From Haplodiscus bocki (Eukaryota), in contig OZ296651.1 in the NCBI GenBank assembly GCA_965655095.1, positions 30,628,001-30,692,000 on the forward strand: 64,000 bases of DNA. Direction: 5' to 3'. The position numbers and the translations under genes were made by a program. Each line of letters starts with the position of its first letter. Position 1 is the first letter of the stretch. The notes beneath the pieces are model-generated. The model was given only the letters and a program-made list of their open reading frames with translations. It searched no databases and was not told the DNA's origin. Below, piece by piece: positions 1-12,537 of the stretch.

Positions 1-529
1 CCGACCACAGACAAAATTATCTACCTCTTTAATTTCGACGGATTACCAAAAAAAATTTCAATAGTTGCTTACGTATCTTTTTTTAAACAAGTCGCTAATG
101 TTTGGCTGCAGGTGTTTATTCAGCTCTGTGTGGCGACCTTCTAAGTGGCAGGTCAATTGGCCACCAGGTTCTTTTGCGTCCACCCATTTTGGTAAAGATG
201 CCTTTTTAAATTGTGAGTTTTTTTTAACCGAAGAATTCGGTTTCTTTCTCATGTTTTCTAGATTTTCCAACTTTCATATCTTTTTGATTGTTCGTCAGGA
301 ACCTCACAATTGAGGCGAAAAAAACAGTTCTGGGAAAAAACCATTCGATACGCAATCCATTGCAAGTTTCCTTCTTCGTTTCAGTTGTTTCAAAAACCTT
401 TTTTTTGTGAATTATTCCGTTTTTTTTTCCCAAAAAAAACAAACTTCGTTCGTTCTCACATGTTTCGCTTTTTCAACCGCTTTTTGCAGCTAATGGGCGA
501 CGTGTTTGTGAAAAAAATTTCACGTTCAT

Positions 530-600
530 GAATGTGCGTGAACATCATTCAGTGTGAACGGAGCTTGCAGGCATCGGTTAGAAAGACGCATCCTTATAGT
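530..600 (-). pseudogene. possible remnant of a hAT transposase C-terminal dimerisation motif
   Basis: Minus strand reads F*PMPASSVHTE followed by a frameshifted MFT, resembling hAT P-A-[ST]-S-x-x-x-E-R-x-F-S; the surrounding sequence is too decayed to confirm. Confidence 0.3.
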
Positions 601-2761
601 GAATCATTTCTTTTCCATCTTTTCCACATGGCGCAAAAAATTGTTCCAATGCTAATTGAACTCAAGTACCAAAGATTTGTCACTTTGTATTGTGTCCACT
701 TTTCCAAACTTTTCTGAAGTAAAAAAATCAGCACTTATTTAAGTTCGTTCGCAAATTAGTTGAAACTTGATATTCAACTCATTAACCTTTGAGCTCATGA
801 ACTGTCAGGGTTGCGTAAACAGAAAACTGCTGGGACTAACGAATCAGAATTGCTTTCAAATTCAACGCATAACACTTGTAAATTGTGAGAAGTCACGTTT
901 GTTGAGTTAATTATTGTTTGGAAATGACTCGTTAGGGGTTTCGACATGAAACTTTTAGGACGATTTTGATTGAAGTTATCCAATTTTCGCTTCCATACTT
1001 CAAATGAGGAGAACAAAATCTAAAGATTGACGAGTGTTTAAGAAAGATTTTCAATCTGGTTTTCCACCTTGTTTATTAATTCCGGTCACATTGAGAGCTC
1101 GAAGTGTTTTACGTGTAACAATTTTTTTAGGACACCTAGTGGACTGAAAATCGCTTCGCTTGAGCATACAAAGTTTTCGAACCTCCTCCACTTTTGCTTC
1201 TCGCAGTAAACATGTGTAACCGGAGTTGGTAAATTAGTCATGACGTTTTCCAGTAGAATGATAAAAGATCGGTATAGACCTTACTGCAACTGTGATGGGT
1301 CAAACTGGTAAACTTTCACATTGGTTAGCAAACTCAATTTGACGGATCAGACATCTGAAAAAGTTTTTCATATAATGAATCAAAATGATGGACAACTATT
1401 AGTTTTTTCTTTGCAAACTCCTGGTTTGAGAAAGCACCAACATTTTTTCTTCCTGGAGGAGTTGTTTTTAAGTGTTTTTGGTTTTTGAAGAGCTCTTTTT
1501 GCAAGGTTGGCAAAAAGTACATTTTCTGTGTAATTCTGTAAAACACTGTTGGATCGCGATGTGTGGACCTGTAGATGTTTGATTTTTCTATTTACCTGCT
1601 TTTTTGCAATAAATCAATAAAAACTCGAGTAGACAAAACCAACAAAGATTTTTTCCCTGTAGCTATGTTAAGGGCTGGGAAAAGACATCAGTGTGACAGT
1701 AATGCAGCGGACTGGTAAAGACATACCATGGTTTTCACGCCAATTTTTTTTGGATGGGACATCCGAAATGGTTTTTCATTTTTTGCAGCGTGTTTTTGGA
1801 CCAATGACAAGTTTTTGCTATGCAATTTCTAGGTATGAAGAACAACCGATGGTTTCCGATCCAATAAGAGAAATTTTCAGGACTCAATTCATTTTGTTTT
1901 TGAAAAAAGTACTTCGCAAAAATTCGAAAAGTACGTTTTGTGTCATTTCTGTGAAACACCAATGGATTGCGATGTTTTTACTCTTCTGTTTTCGAATCTC
2001 TCAAACAACTTTTTTTTGCAGTATATCAGTGTAAACTATAGCAGAGAAAAATAACCAAAAACAGTTCTCTCTAGCAATGCTCAGGCTGCTGATGTATTTC
2101 ATTTCATAATCATTTCTCTTTCGGAACAAATTGTTTTGAATTTTTGAGATCATTTCGGGGAGAAAATTTATTTAAAAAGAACAAGTTTTTGCTCTGGAAA
2201 CTGTATGTTTGAACAAGCTAGTACCGGACCAAAGTCAGTGCCTCCCGTTGCGCTCAAAAGAACCGTGTTTTTTTCCTCGACAAAGTTTAGCTAATCGGAC
2301 AAAAAACGATAAAATCTAGTTTTCAGTCGGCATTTTTCCATCAAAAGTTGCCGGCTATTACAGTCGCCTTTTTTCTCGTAAGAGGCTTTCGTAGCTGAAA
2401 ATGATCCACTGTCTTTTTCGTGGTCGACCCATTCTTCGATTCATAACAGGTTTCTTTGGAGAGGGGCTAATTTCGCAAACTACTAAATGATACCTACTAC
2501 GAGGTTTTTTGGCATCGTGAGACTGATTTTGCAGATGCAAATCGTGATAACCCCTTAAATTCATCGAATCTTTCCAGTACCGAAAGCTTTTTAAAAACGA
2601 AAATATACCACTGCGAAGTTTTTCGACATTTTGAGACAATTTCTCTTAAATAAATAGACAGTCCTTTTGTACATACCAGAAATTTTCTGTTGTTACATTT
2701 TATTACGGAAACTATATCAAAATCAACTTCTTCTTCTGCACAAAAATTTTTTGTGTTTAAA

Positions 2762-2835
2762 GTTTACATGACGCAGTGGGTAGGACACAAAGACTCTGAT
2801 CCCACTGATCACGGGTTCAAAACCCGATGTAAGTT
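2762..2835 (+). pseudogene. tRNA-Gln(CTG)-like pseudogene or tRNA-derived SINE head
   Basis: A box TGACGCAGTGG (2769-2779); T arm CGGG-TTCAAAA-CCCG (2812-2826); acceptor GTTTACA/TGTAAGT; anticodon loop CTCTGAT. D and anticodon stems do not pair. Confidence 0.6.
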
Positions 2836-3214
2836 ACACTTTCGCACCTTTGATAGCAGAACTTATACCAATTTTGAGTAAGGTTGGACCTTTGCTACAA
2901 TTTGTTTTCGTGATGAACGCCTTATAGAACGTACCAAATTGACAATTAGGGTGCTCGAATACCAAAAAACATCTCTTATCATAATTTTTATATTAAAAAT
3001 GTACAAAAGTGTTGTTTAAACATCAGAATCAAGTCCCACCTATAAGTTTTTTGAGCTATACAAGCGGCACCGACTCTGGTGGCTGCTCTTGGTTTGTTTC
3101 GCTCAAATGTAATTTGACAAACAAATTTTAAAAACCCTTGAAAATTGGTAATTATCTCGTAAATACACTCTTTTGTTCTTTTCGGTCCTTTATATCAAAT
3201 AGTTTCATATTGCA

Positions 3215-4104
3215 ATGACTCCTCCCCTGAGATCTACCCGGCTTCACTCCAAGTCGGCTGTCAAACGTGGAGACTGTAAGAAGGTGGTCAAAGAAGATGA
3301 CACCTCGTCAATTGGGTGTTCCTCCTGCGGGAAATGGGTCCACGGGTCTTGTGCTGGACTCTCTGACATGGAAGTGATATGGCTTGGAACGAAATCAAAC
3401 GTGGTGAGGCTCTGTGACACCTGCGCGGATGCAAACAGGATCTGCGCAACACCCACGACCGAAGCTAAGTTGACTTCCATTCTTGATACTTTCTCTGAAA
3501 AACTTGAATACAATAAATCAAACCTAGTGCCAAAGCTCATTAAAGAAACTTTGCCCGACATGAACGAAAATGCGAAGGAATCAGTGTCAAAGTCACTTCT
3601 TTCCTACAGTGACATTGTGAGTGGTAATAAGAAAGGTAATCACTCCCCCGAATTGCAATTTGTTATCAATGGCTTACCTGAAACTGAGAAAACCTACTTC
3701 AAGCAAATCGACAAAGGTACTACTGAAGTTGAAAACATACTTCAACATATGCACCTACAATCAGAAAACAACATAACTGCTATCCGTCGCCTTGGAAAAT
3801 TTTGAAAGCTAAGGTTGATGAAACTGGTCAAGAGTCGCGTGCTAGATGTCGTCCGCTTCTGGTTACGACTTCCAACTCGCGTTTTCTAAACAGCTGCTTT
3901 GCTCGTAGCCATTACTTTCAAAACTATCCTACGACGGTTTATGTCAAAACATTTCTCTCACAGGATGATCGTCGCCTTGAAAAAGAGTTGCTCGCCAAGC
4001 GTTATGAAATGATGACAACAGAAAAGAAGGGCAAAAGAGACTTCAGAATAAAAAATTTGAAGCTCTACTACAAGATTGAACTGGTTCAAATCTCCACTCA
4101 ATGA
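3215..4104 (+). pseudogene. LINE ORF1 with N-terminal PHD finger (one frameshift near 3800)
   Basis: IGCSSCGKWVHGSC...LCDTC PHD pattern; INGLPE, RRLGK and RPLLVT motifs typical of CR1-type ORF1. Confidence 0.85.
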
Positions 4105-6947
4105 CTATGTCCACTCAAATTTTTACTGGGCAGCTGTCAATCTATTTGTTCCTTTGAAAAATGCTGAGCGTTGACGAAACTTTGTAATATAAATTCGGTT
4201 AACTTGGTTTTTCTGACTGAAACCTGGCTCTATTCTGAAATATCCGATCCAGAAATTTTCTTAGGTTCCTCCTTCAACATCATTGCCACACATGATCGTG
4301 ACCATTGTAAACATGGTGGTTGTCTGATTGCACAGTGTACAAAGGACCCGCTGAAAGTATTAGACATTTCTATTCCTGCATTCGAGTTTGCCGTTTCTTG
4401 TGTCGTTTTCAGTCACACACCATCATTCTTCGTTCTTGTCTACAATCCTCCTTCCTTATCGGCCTACTCTTTTGACATCGAAGAGTTAGTGAACTGCCTT
4501 GATGCTTACTTCCGTAAGTTTCATGAAGTTTTACGGCAGTTGACTTGCGGCACAAATTTTAATACCTATCTACTGGGTGCTTTTAACTTCGCCTCCATTG
4601 ATTGGAACAAATATTCTTCCTCAATTGCGTCTGAGTGTCAGTTCATTGACTTTATAGTCGACCATGGTTTGTCACAATTTGTCAATGAAGCCTCGCATAG
4701 AAGTACTAACATTCTTGATCTAGTATTTTCCAAACAAAAAGTGTCGGTATCCAATGGGAAGCAGCTGTTCTCCGACCACTATCCCATCTTCTTTAACCTT
4801 GACTTTGTTAACTTCAGGCCACAGTCACATGGGAGCTAGCTCCTTTTCTAAATCTTCATTCAACAATCAGATTTTTAATATGAACTTACATGGGCTCTCT
4901 GAACTCATGTCAACTGACAACTCTCTGAATCCACGTTATCCCCATCAGTGGTGTAGTTGTGTTATTGGTTGTTTCAACTCAGCTGTCAAGTTCAAGCGAT
5001 CAAAAAGGATGAACTTACCTCTATTCTATTCCTCCCACACGGTACATCTGATCAATCAGAAGGAAACTACTCTTTTTAGGCTTTCCAGAGAAGGATCTTT
5101 CCTTCAGGCAATCAAATTGAGAAAAATTTTGAAAGACCTTTCGGAATCCATAGAGTTGGACAAAGAATTGTTCATTAACCAGCTCAATCTCTCTTCAACT
5201 AGGCACTGTTTCAAACTTATCAGAAGTCTTGGCTTTTCAACCAACTTACTTACATCAATGTTTCATAATGGTGCAACCTTCAACAAAGAATTTGAAATAG
5301 CCTCTGAATTCAACAATTACTTTGCGTCTGTGTTTAATGGCAAAGTTGTATCACCGCTTCCTGATAATACTTCTTCGTCAAATGTTTGCCGGAATGATGT
5401 CGATTTATCTCTCGAGAACATCACAGTGTTATTCAAAAAGTGTCAAGTTTCCGGTAATACGGGGGCAGACTTTGTACCCTCGTTCGTTTTTTTTTCAACT
5501 GTGCAGAAGCCCTTTCTCCGGTAATCCTTGATCTCTTTTATTGGATTCTCAATTGGAAGCACTGGCCTGAACAATGGAAACATTCTTTAGTTACACCTCT
5601 GTTCAAAAGCGTTGCCCACAATGATATAACCAATTACAGGCCTATAGGCATTCTACCTTTTTGTCCTTGATCTTGGAAAAAATTCTTCTTGATTTCATAT
5701 ACCCAAAAATGAGGCATTTGATCAAACGTTAACAACATGAACATGGCTTTTTGAAGTCCCGCAGTACAGTCAGTCAATTGATTACATACCTTGATCTAGT
5801 ATACTCTTCTCGTGATAGCAATATTCCGGCCTTATCCATATTTTTTGATATTCGAAAAGTGTTTGGCACTGTCCCACATCATTTGTTGCTATCTAAACTG
5901 GAAAGCTTCGGATTTGATCTGGGTTTCCTTCACCTGTTCAACTCGTACTTGCTCAACAGATATTAAAGTGTCAAGATCAACAAACCTGTTTCCTTTCCAC
6001 TCCCCGTTACCTCTGGTGTGCCCCAAGGTAGAGTACTGGGCCCGCTTCTATTCTTTTTTTTCATCAACGACATTGCCGATGATATTTCAAACAGTCACTT
6101 CTATTTGTTTGCTGATGATCTCAAAATTGTTACCTCTGCAGGGGAGTCTCTTGTTCAGAATGATTTTGGTTCTCTACAACGGTGGTGTTCTCTCAATTGC
6201 CTACAATTCCATCCCTTGAAGTGCAAAGCCCTTAATTTTGGTGGGTTTGAAGAAAACATACAGCTGATGTTGGCTTCTCATTCCCTACCATACGTCGAGA
6301 AAATCGAAAACTTGGGTTTTATCGTCACATGAAATCTATCTTGGAAGGAAAATATCAATATCAATTTCGTGAAAGGCAGCAGAGTCTTCCAATTTCTTTA
6401 GAGAAATATCCCTCATGTCATATCAGTCAACAGAAAGAAGTTACTCTTGAAGTCTCTATTGCTTCCAATCTTGCTCTATGGTAATCCTGTCTGGTGTCCT
6501 TCAGTAGTAGACTTAAAACGAAGGGAAATTTTTCAGTATAAAGCCATACGGTGGATTAAAGCTTGTCCATCTTATGTTTCAGGGTTGTCGCAGCTGGATT
6601 TACTCCCCATCTCTTACTTTTTCATCAGAGATGACATCATCTTTCTATGGAAGCTTTACAACAACCAAATCGATGTTGACTCCAACCTAGCTACAATGTC
6701 ACTGCCAACGCGATCTTCCACAAATAACCTCTTCGTTGTCCCAAAGACTCATAATTTCTCGAGTGACCGCAACTTCTTCGTGCGGGCCCCCCGTGCTGCA
6801 AATGAACTCATTGGCCAACAAATCATATCATTCGAAATGCCCCTCGGAATCTTCAAATCAGCCTTAAACAAATTTCTAACGTTCAGAAACAAGTCTACTT
6901 TTAATATTGATCACTCTTGCTCCTGTTTTGTCAAAAGTTTTTTGTAG
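4105..6947 (+). pseudogene. LINE ORF2: APE endonuclease plus reverse transcriptase (several frameshifts and stops)
   Basis: APE motifs LTETWL, YNPP, LLGAFNF, ILDLVF, SDHYPI; RT motifs YRPI, HGF, DIRKVFGTVPH, GVPQGRVLGPLLF, LFADDLKI. Confidence 0.92.
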
Positions 6948-7017
6948 AACGTGTCGGTTTTGAGTTATTGCTTTTTTTGTATTCACCTATCATCCTTTCT
7001 ACAGAAATTAAGTCTTT

Positions 7018-7051
7018 TACTACTACTACTAGTACTACTACTACTACTACT
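7018..7051 (+). repeat. (TAC)n microsatellite, LINE 3' tail
   Basis: tactactactactagtactactactactactac about 70 bp after ORF2. Confidence 0.85.
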
Positions 7052-9208
7052 TAAGCAGATTGCAAAAAATCTATGCATTTTTTGCCACATACAAAATTTT
7101 GCATGTTTCCGTTACCAATTTTTGCAAACTTTCATTTTTGAGAAACATCAATTGAAAATTTATTTTCGGATTTTTGGAAAATTTTCCAGGCATTTTAGAA
7201 AAATTTCCGGGCACGTTCTTCATTATCACAAGCAATCAGAAACTGAGTAATGGTTATAAATTACTCATTTGACGGACTCTTTTATTATGATTTTCAGAAA
7301 CTTTCTCCTCGGCCAGTTTTCTATTAATGTGTAAAAATTTGACATTTTAAAAAATTTTCAGCCAAATTTCCGTGTCTTTATTGAAATTTTGACAAGAAAG
7401 TTGAATTCATTTCTCCAAGGGAAAAAGTGCTTGTCTACTGTTCGGTAAATAAAATTTCTCCATGAAATACCAACTGCCCAATACAATGAGTTAAAGGTAT
7501 TTATGGGTCGCATAGATTTTGAAAAAGCTCACAAGGAGTCAATGCTAGTTCGTTCCGACGAATTGGTCTACATATTGCAAAAATTTGAATTGCACTTTGG
7601 AAATTAATGTAAACTTTTTGGAATGATTTGTAAAATTCTGTAAAATTATCTTATGTTTTTCTAATTTTTTTACCATGTTATATAAAATTGCGGAAAATTT
7701 TTTGAAGTTTTGGAAAGTTTTGCATGTTGCATGGATGTTTTGTCAAAATTTTCGATGCATGCTCACTGAACTTTTCATACTTTATCCATTTTTTTGACTG
7801 CATGCATCGATACAACATGAAAACTTTCATGTTTTTTTTTACTAGGGTGTTCGTCTGAAAAGGTGAGCTCGAATGAAGCAAAAATTGGAAGTGGAGTTTA
7901 TTTGTCAAAATCTGATTTTCTTAAAAGTTTCATAATGTTAAAAAAATTGTTTCTGAAGTCTTTTCTAATCAAAAGGTGAGCCTGATTGTTCTGCGACCGC
8001 TGATATAACTTACAGGCGAACACTATCTCATAAACTATTCAGAATTCAATGACTTTGTTGCTAAATTTGATGAACAATGTATTGAAAAAGATCTCAGGAC
8101 TAAACCTTTTTAGTTTTTAAAAAGAGTACTTCGCAAAATTGTCTTTGGAAAGAAAGAGAAGTTTACGAGGATTTAATTAACCTGTTTTCTGGTGATTTTG
8201 TGGAAAATGAGAAGTCTGAGTAGTTTTTGCGTTTTTGAGTTCCTTGATGGTAGGTGGCACTGTCAAGTGAAAAATGGAACTGTTTATCTAGTACCAACCC
8301 AGTGGTATTGAAAAAGTGGCGGAAATGTTTTCAATAAAATCAATAAACCTTGAATTGCAAATGAGATTACTTTTTAATTATGCTCCTTGATGTCTACAAC
8401 TTGATCGTAACTTTCCTTTTTATCTTTAGGTTGTGATGTTTGTAGAGGTTTCTCGGGTCGGGGGGTTCTGTGTTGCAAATTAGAATATTTTTTACCCTAC
8501 TTTTTCCCTGCCCTTTTTCCCTGCCCTTTTGTGGCTACCTTCCCCCCGGCTTTTTAAAATCTTGCTACTACTACTGACTATATTTTGCTAATCGACGTTT
8601 TGTACACGGAGCACACAGGGAACGTGGGAAAGACTTTCCAGGGCGTACCAAAACCCGAAACAGCGGGAACTTTTTATAAAAAGCAGCGGCCAAAGTTTTT
8701 TTGATCCTCCCTTTTCACAATTCAATGGTTTCCAAAGCAGCAAAAAAATGGGATTCTTTGTGATACTCCCATTTAAACCAAAAAATTTTGAGCAGACAAA
8801 GACCCCTACGCTATTTGTAAAACCATGTACGTTTATCGAAAAAAAACTGTTCGTTATTTTTCCCAAGCCCAAATCGTTTCGTAGCAACTGGTACTAAATC
8901 TTTTTGCGATACACCCACACCCTTTTCTGCTTATCCCAATTCTTTTTTGTAACTTACTTTCTCAGGGACTTTTATGACGGTTCAGAGAGTACCCTTACAC
9001 TTTGAGAAAAAATTCTTTACAAAATTCCGATTACATTTGGAATTTGCTAAAGAACCAGAAAGCTTCTAACGACTAAAAGGGTCTCCCTGGACGTATTTTG
9101 AGTTTTACGGGCGACGCCGACTTGACCGTACTCGGCTCGTTAGAACACTTCAGAAATTTTAAAATTCCAAACCTGCTTGTGGTAGCTTGACAACATGAGA
9201 TAGCGCCA

Positions 9209-9243
9209 TGTGTGTGTGTGTGTGTGTGTGGGGGGGGGGGGGG
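9209..9243. repeat. (TG)n microsatellite running into poly-G
   Basis: Seen directly. Confidence 0.9.
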
Positions 9244-9361
9244 CTTGGGATTTTCAAAACAAACTCATTCAAACAATCAAAATTAGGCATTATCTGAGAC
9301 GAGTCATGTTATAACTTTTGATGTTAATCGAGTAAGTTCACAGGATCATCCCGGGAGTAAC

Positions 9362-9492
9362 TTGCAACAAAACTCGAATGTCCCCAGATCACAAGAGGAC
9401 TATATTACCCAAGTTTCTGAGGAAATCGAAGGTAGATTAACAAATAAGTTGTTCCAGGAATACAACAGAGCGGAGAGCCGCATTTTAGGCGC
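9362..9492 (+). pseudogene. 5' half of an unknown ORF fragment, interrupted by the 9493-12533 insert
   Basis: ...SQEDYITQVSEEIEGR...ESRILG joins in frame to ALSCLDDFLLNP... once the insert and one GCGC are removed. Confidence 0.7.
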
Positions 9493-9936
9493 TGTCGCGC
9501 GATTAAAAGCGGGGGTGTTGTTTATTGAACAACGTGTCAAGTATATTTGCTATTGTTCGCTCTAGCTAATATTGCTGAGCGGCGTGTGCGGCCATAGGCA
9601 TACGTTATCGTGTGAGAAAGTCTCCAAAGCTTACACCGTTATTAGCTTTATAAATTTGCCTTGCCACAACGCGCGAGCAAAGTTGCGTAAGTTCTACTGG
9701 CAAGGACTTAGTGAGCAAAGAAAAGGTACAAAGTAATAGATGAATTATTCGGCTAATATATGGAAATGGCAATCGATTATATAAAAGTAAATGTGCATAA
9801 GATAAGATTATATATCAGAAGGATGAGATAATTAGGGGCCAGATTTGAGCAATCCAAATTATTGAAATACAGCAGTAATTCTTCAAGTTAAACTTCGAGA
9901 AATATTACAAATTATTAAGATTTAAATTTATTAAAA

Positions 9937-10455
9937 ATGGCAGCTAATAACGATTCTCCTCGACCTCCTCCTTTGAATGAGCAGAGGCCTAATAATCAGA
10001 GACTGGAGATTGAAATTCCATTAGGCCTTCCAGAACAAATACCCCAAGAAGAGATTACTCCTTCACCAGTTGTTCCCGATGAGGATCATGACCACTTTCT
10101 GGGGTTATATTACCGCGTAGATGTTGAGGCCTTAGACGAATGGGCCACAGTCACAAGTTTCATGAGAGGAAGCATTGGATACGTTGTACAGGAACCGGAG
10201 ATTACTGATAATTTCAAACAATTCTTGATAATTATGTATGGTTCCAACTGGGAGAAGAGAGTTCTCAGTTATCAGACATTGATAATAGAACAACTGTATG
10301 CCCTTATAACTGGGTATAGTAAATTGACCAGTCGGATAAAATGGGCCTGGTTAGCCCAGTTCGATTCCTGGAGCCCTAGTCAAATTCGAGCGCAGATCAA
10401 AGGGCTCGCAGAGTCCGGAGGTTTCCTTGAGGTTGAATACGCCTTCGGGCATTAG
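9937..10455 (+). CDS. intact 172-aa orphan protein (Pro/acidic N-terminus, Trp-rich C-terminal part)
   Basis: Uninterrupted ORF in AAAAATGG context; TATATAAAA at 9778-9786; AATAAA at 10543-10548. Confidence 0.65.
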   Translation: MAANNDSPRPPPLNEQRPNNQRLEIEIPLGLPEQIPQEEITPSPVVPDEDHDHFLGLYYRVDVEALDEWATVTSFMRGSIGYVVQEPEITDNFKQFLIIMYGSNWEKRVLSYQTLIIEQLYALITGYSKLTSRIKWAWLAQFDSWSPSQIRAQIKGLAESGGFLEVEYAFGH

Positions 10456-11518
10456 TGTAGGTGGCGCGGGATTAACCTGCGTCAAATTTATATCCTGCTT
10501 CTGTTCCAGTGCTGCATTAAAGTAAGATGAAAATTGCACAAGAATAAATACTTCGTGGAAAATTTATCAAATGAAATGAGTAGGTTAAATTCATTCATTT
10601 TTATTTAAAAGAACAAATAGATGGGAATAAAAATCAATAATATAAATTTACAAATCTTTCCAAAAAGAAGTTGGAAATTTTTGACAGATTTTAATACTAG
10701 GTTGAGGTATACTTTTTTTGGCTTTTTGGCTAGAACTAAAGATTACATTCGTCTTTTCTAGCCCAGGCTTTGCCTTTCTTTTTCTCTCTTTTACTTTTAA
10801 GTTTCACTGATCTTATTTGGGTGAATTTTATCTCAGACTACGGTAACATGCCGTAATAGCAGTGGACCGAGTCAAGTCTCTTAGATCCCAAATTCGTCCG
10901 AACCAAGAGTTAAATCTTGTGGAATTATCAGACGGGATATCAGGTTTTATCTAATACTCAGGTAACATGCCATAAAAGCAGTCGACCGAGTCAAATCCCT
11001 TAAGTCTTCTTTTTGGTCAAGCGTGAACCGCTGACGCGGAGTTTACATATATTTTACTTTTAGGATTAAGTTGTTATTTTAGCCTTTTATTTAAACCCGA
11101 GTAACCAGCCTTAGCATAGCAACTGGGCACAGAATCTTAAATTCCCCATATTTCCAACCTTGAATAAGTCTTCAGGATTTATTGGAGGGGTTGAATGTTT
11201 TAGGTTTTAGTTACTCCTCAGGTATAGCTCGCTGTGCGCGGCACCTGGTGATTTTCTCTTAGTTCTTCAACTCGAACGCGGCAGTTCCTTCGCGATTTAT
11301 CGAGCAGAATTACTTAGGAGAAATTGATCAGTGAGATTAACTCTACTAGATCAAAGCAAAGTGGGGACTTACGAATACCGGAGCTAAGTAGGGATAATGG
11401 GAAATTGACTGCTGGGAGAGACTTCGTTGAATAGTCCAAGGAGGAAAATGCTGATAATTCGCTATTGTTTCAGAATAATTGATGTGGCAAGGGTATAGAA
11501 TGGGTAAGCAAGAAGAGG

Positions 11519-11858
11519 GAAATTTGGCTAAGACACAATCTGGAATTGTCTTAGAATATTTTCGAGGAGATGTAATTGGAATTTGGCTAAGACACAATTT
11601 GGAATTGTCTGAGAAGATTTTCGAGGAGATGTATTTGGAATTTGGCTAAGACACAATTTGGAATTGTCTTAGAATATTTTCGAGGAGATGTAATTGGAAT
11701 TTGGTTAAGACACAATTTGGAATTGTCTTAGAATATTTTCGAGGAGATGTAATTGGAATTTGGCTAAGACACAATTTGGAACTGTCTTAGAATATTTTCG
11801 AGGAGATGTAATTGGAATTTGGCTAAGACACCATTTGGAATTGTCTTAGAATATTTTC
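11519..11858. repeat. 59-bp tandem repeat, about 5.7 copies, each with an internal hairpin
   Basis: Unit aatttggctaagacacaatttggaattgtcttagaatattttcgaggagatgtaattgg; hairpin CTAAG-ac-ACAATT-tgg-AATTGT-CTTAG. Confidence 0.95.
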
Positions 11859-11993
11859 ACTTGCTCCAAAAGAAGAGAAGAATTGGTAAAGTAAGAGAAG
11901 AGAAGTTAGAATTTAAGGGTTAAAGAGTTTCGCCTCGGGTAATGAGGCAAATGAGCGGGAGCGAGCTAATGAAATTTGTGGCTGAGCGCTGGG

Positions 11994-12069
11994 TATTTAT
12001 ACCCCGTTTGGTCACGTGACCGAGCATGTCGATCATGCAACCAATAGGAAAATCCCGCTAGGGTGGGCG
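11994..12069 (-). promoter_or_regulatory. putative Pol II promoter (LTR U3-like)
   Basis: TATAAATA on the minus strand (11994-12001); palindromic E-box GGTCACGTGACC (12010-12021); CCAAT (12041-12045); GC-box-like GGGTGGGCG (12061-12069). Confidence 0.55.
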
Positions 12070-12537
12070 AATTAGAATTTTTCATTTTTGTAAAATTAAA
12101 TCTTGAAATTGTGCAATTTCAACTTCTTAAATCGACCTGTCAGTCAGTTTAATCTTGCCGTCGTAATGTCTGCCAATATTTATTTGTAAACTTTCATATC
12201 AACCTTGTAGCCAGTTTGTCCAACTTATCCATCCTCCGTTTCCAGCCTGCCAGGGCCTTTTGTTTGTTTCGCCCAACCACGTTTCGCAAGTTCAGCCTGC
12301 CATCCGGGTAAGTCAAATATTAATTCTTTCGTAATCTCGTAAATTTCGCAAGTCAAGTTTAAATAGCAAACAAACAAACTGCACTAATCACTTTGGGTAT
12401 TTATCTGAGAATTACAAATTCTCGAGTCTTCATTTATCACCGAAAGTTCTTGAGGTTAGTTTAAATCTTTCGTTAACTTTAATTTAGGAAATAGCGTCTT
12501 TTCTGAGGTTTGAGCGTTCTCTGTAACGCGATAGCGC

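Larger units (their letters stand above)
3061..7051 (+). mobile_element. near full-length, decayed CR1/L2-clade non-LTR retrotransposon
   Basis: PHD-finger ORF1, APE+RT ORF2, 3' (TAC)n tail; 5' boundary approximate. Confidence 0.9.
9493..12533. mobile_element. 3,041-bp insert with TGTCGCG...CGCGATA termini and 4-bp GCGC TSD (long solo LTR or Ginger-like element)
   Basis: GCGC at 9489-9492 and 12534-12537; 7-bp terminal inverted repeat with one mismatch; excision restores the flanking reading frame. Confidence 0.85.

Noticed and set aside
2762-2835. Functional tRNA gene
   Set aside because: D and anticodon stems do not pair; kept only as a pseudogene or SINE head.
11519-11858. CRISPR-like array of palindromic repeats
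   Set aside because: Inter-hairpin segments are near-identical, not unique spacers; no cas genes; eukaryotic context.
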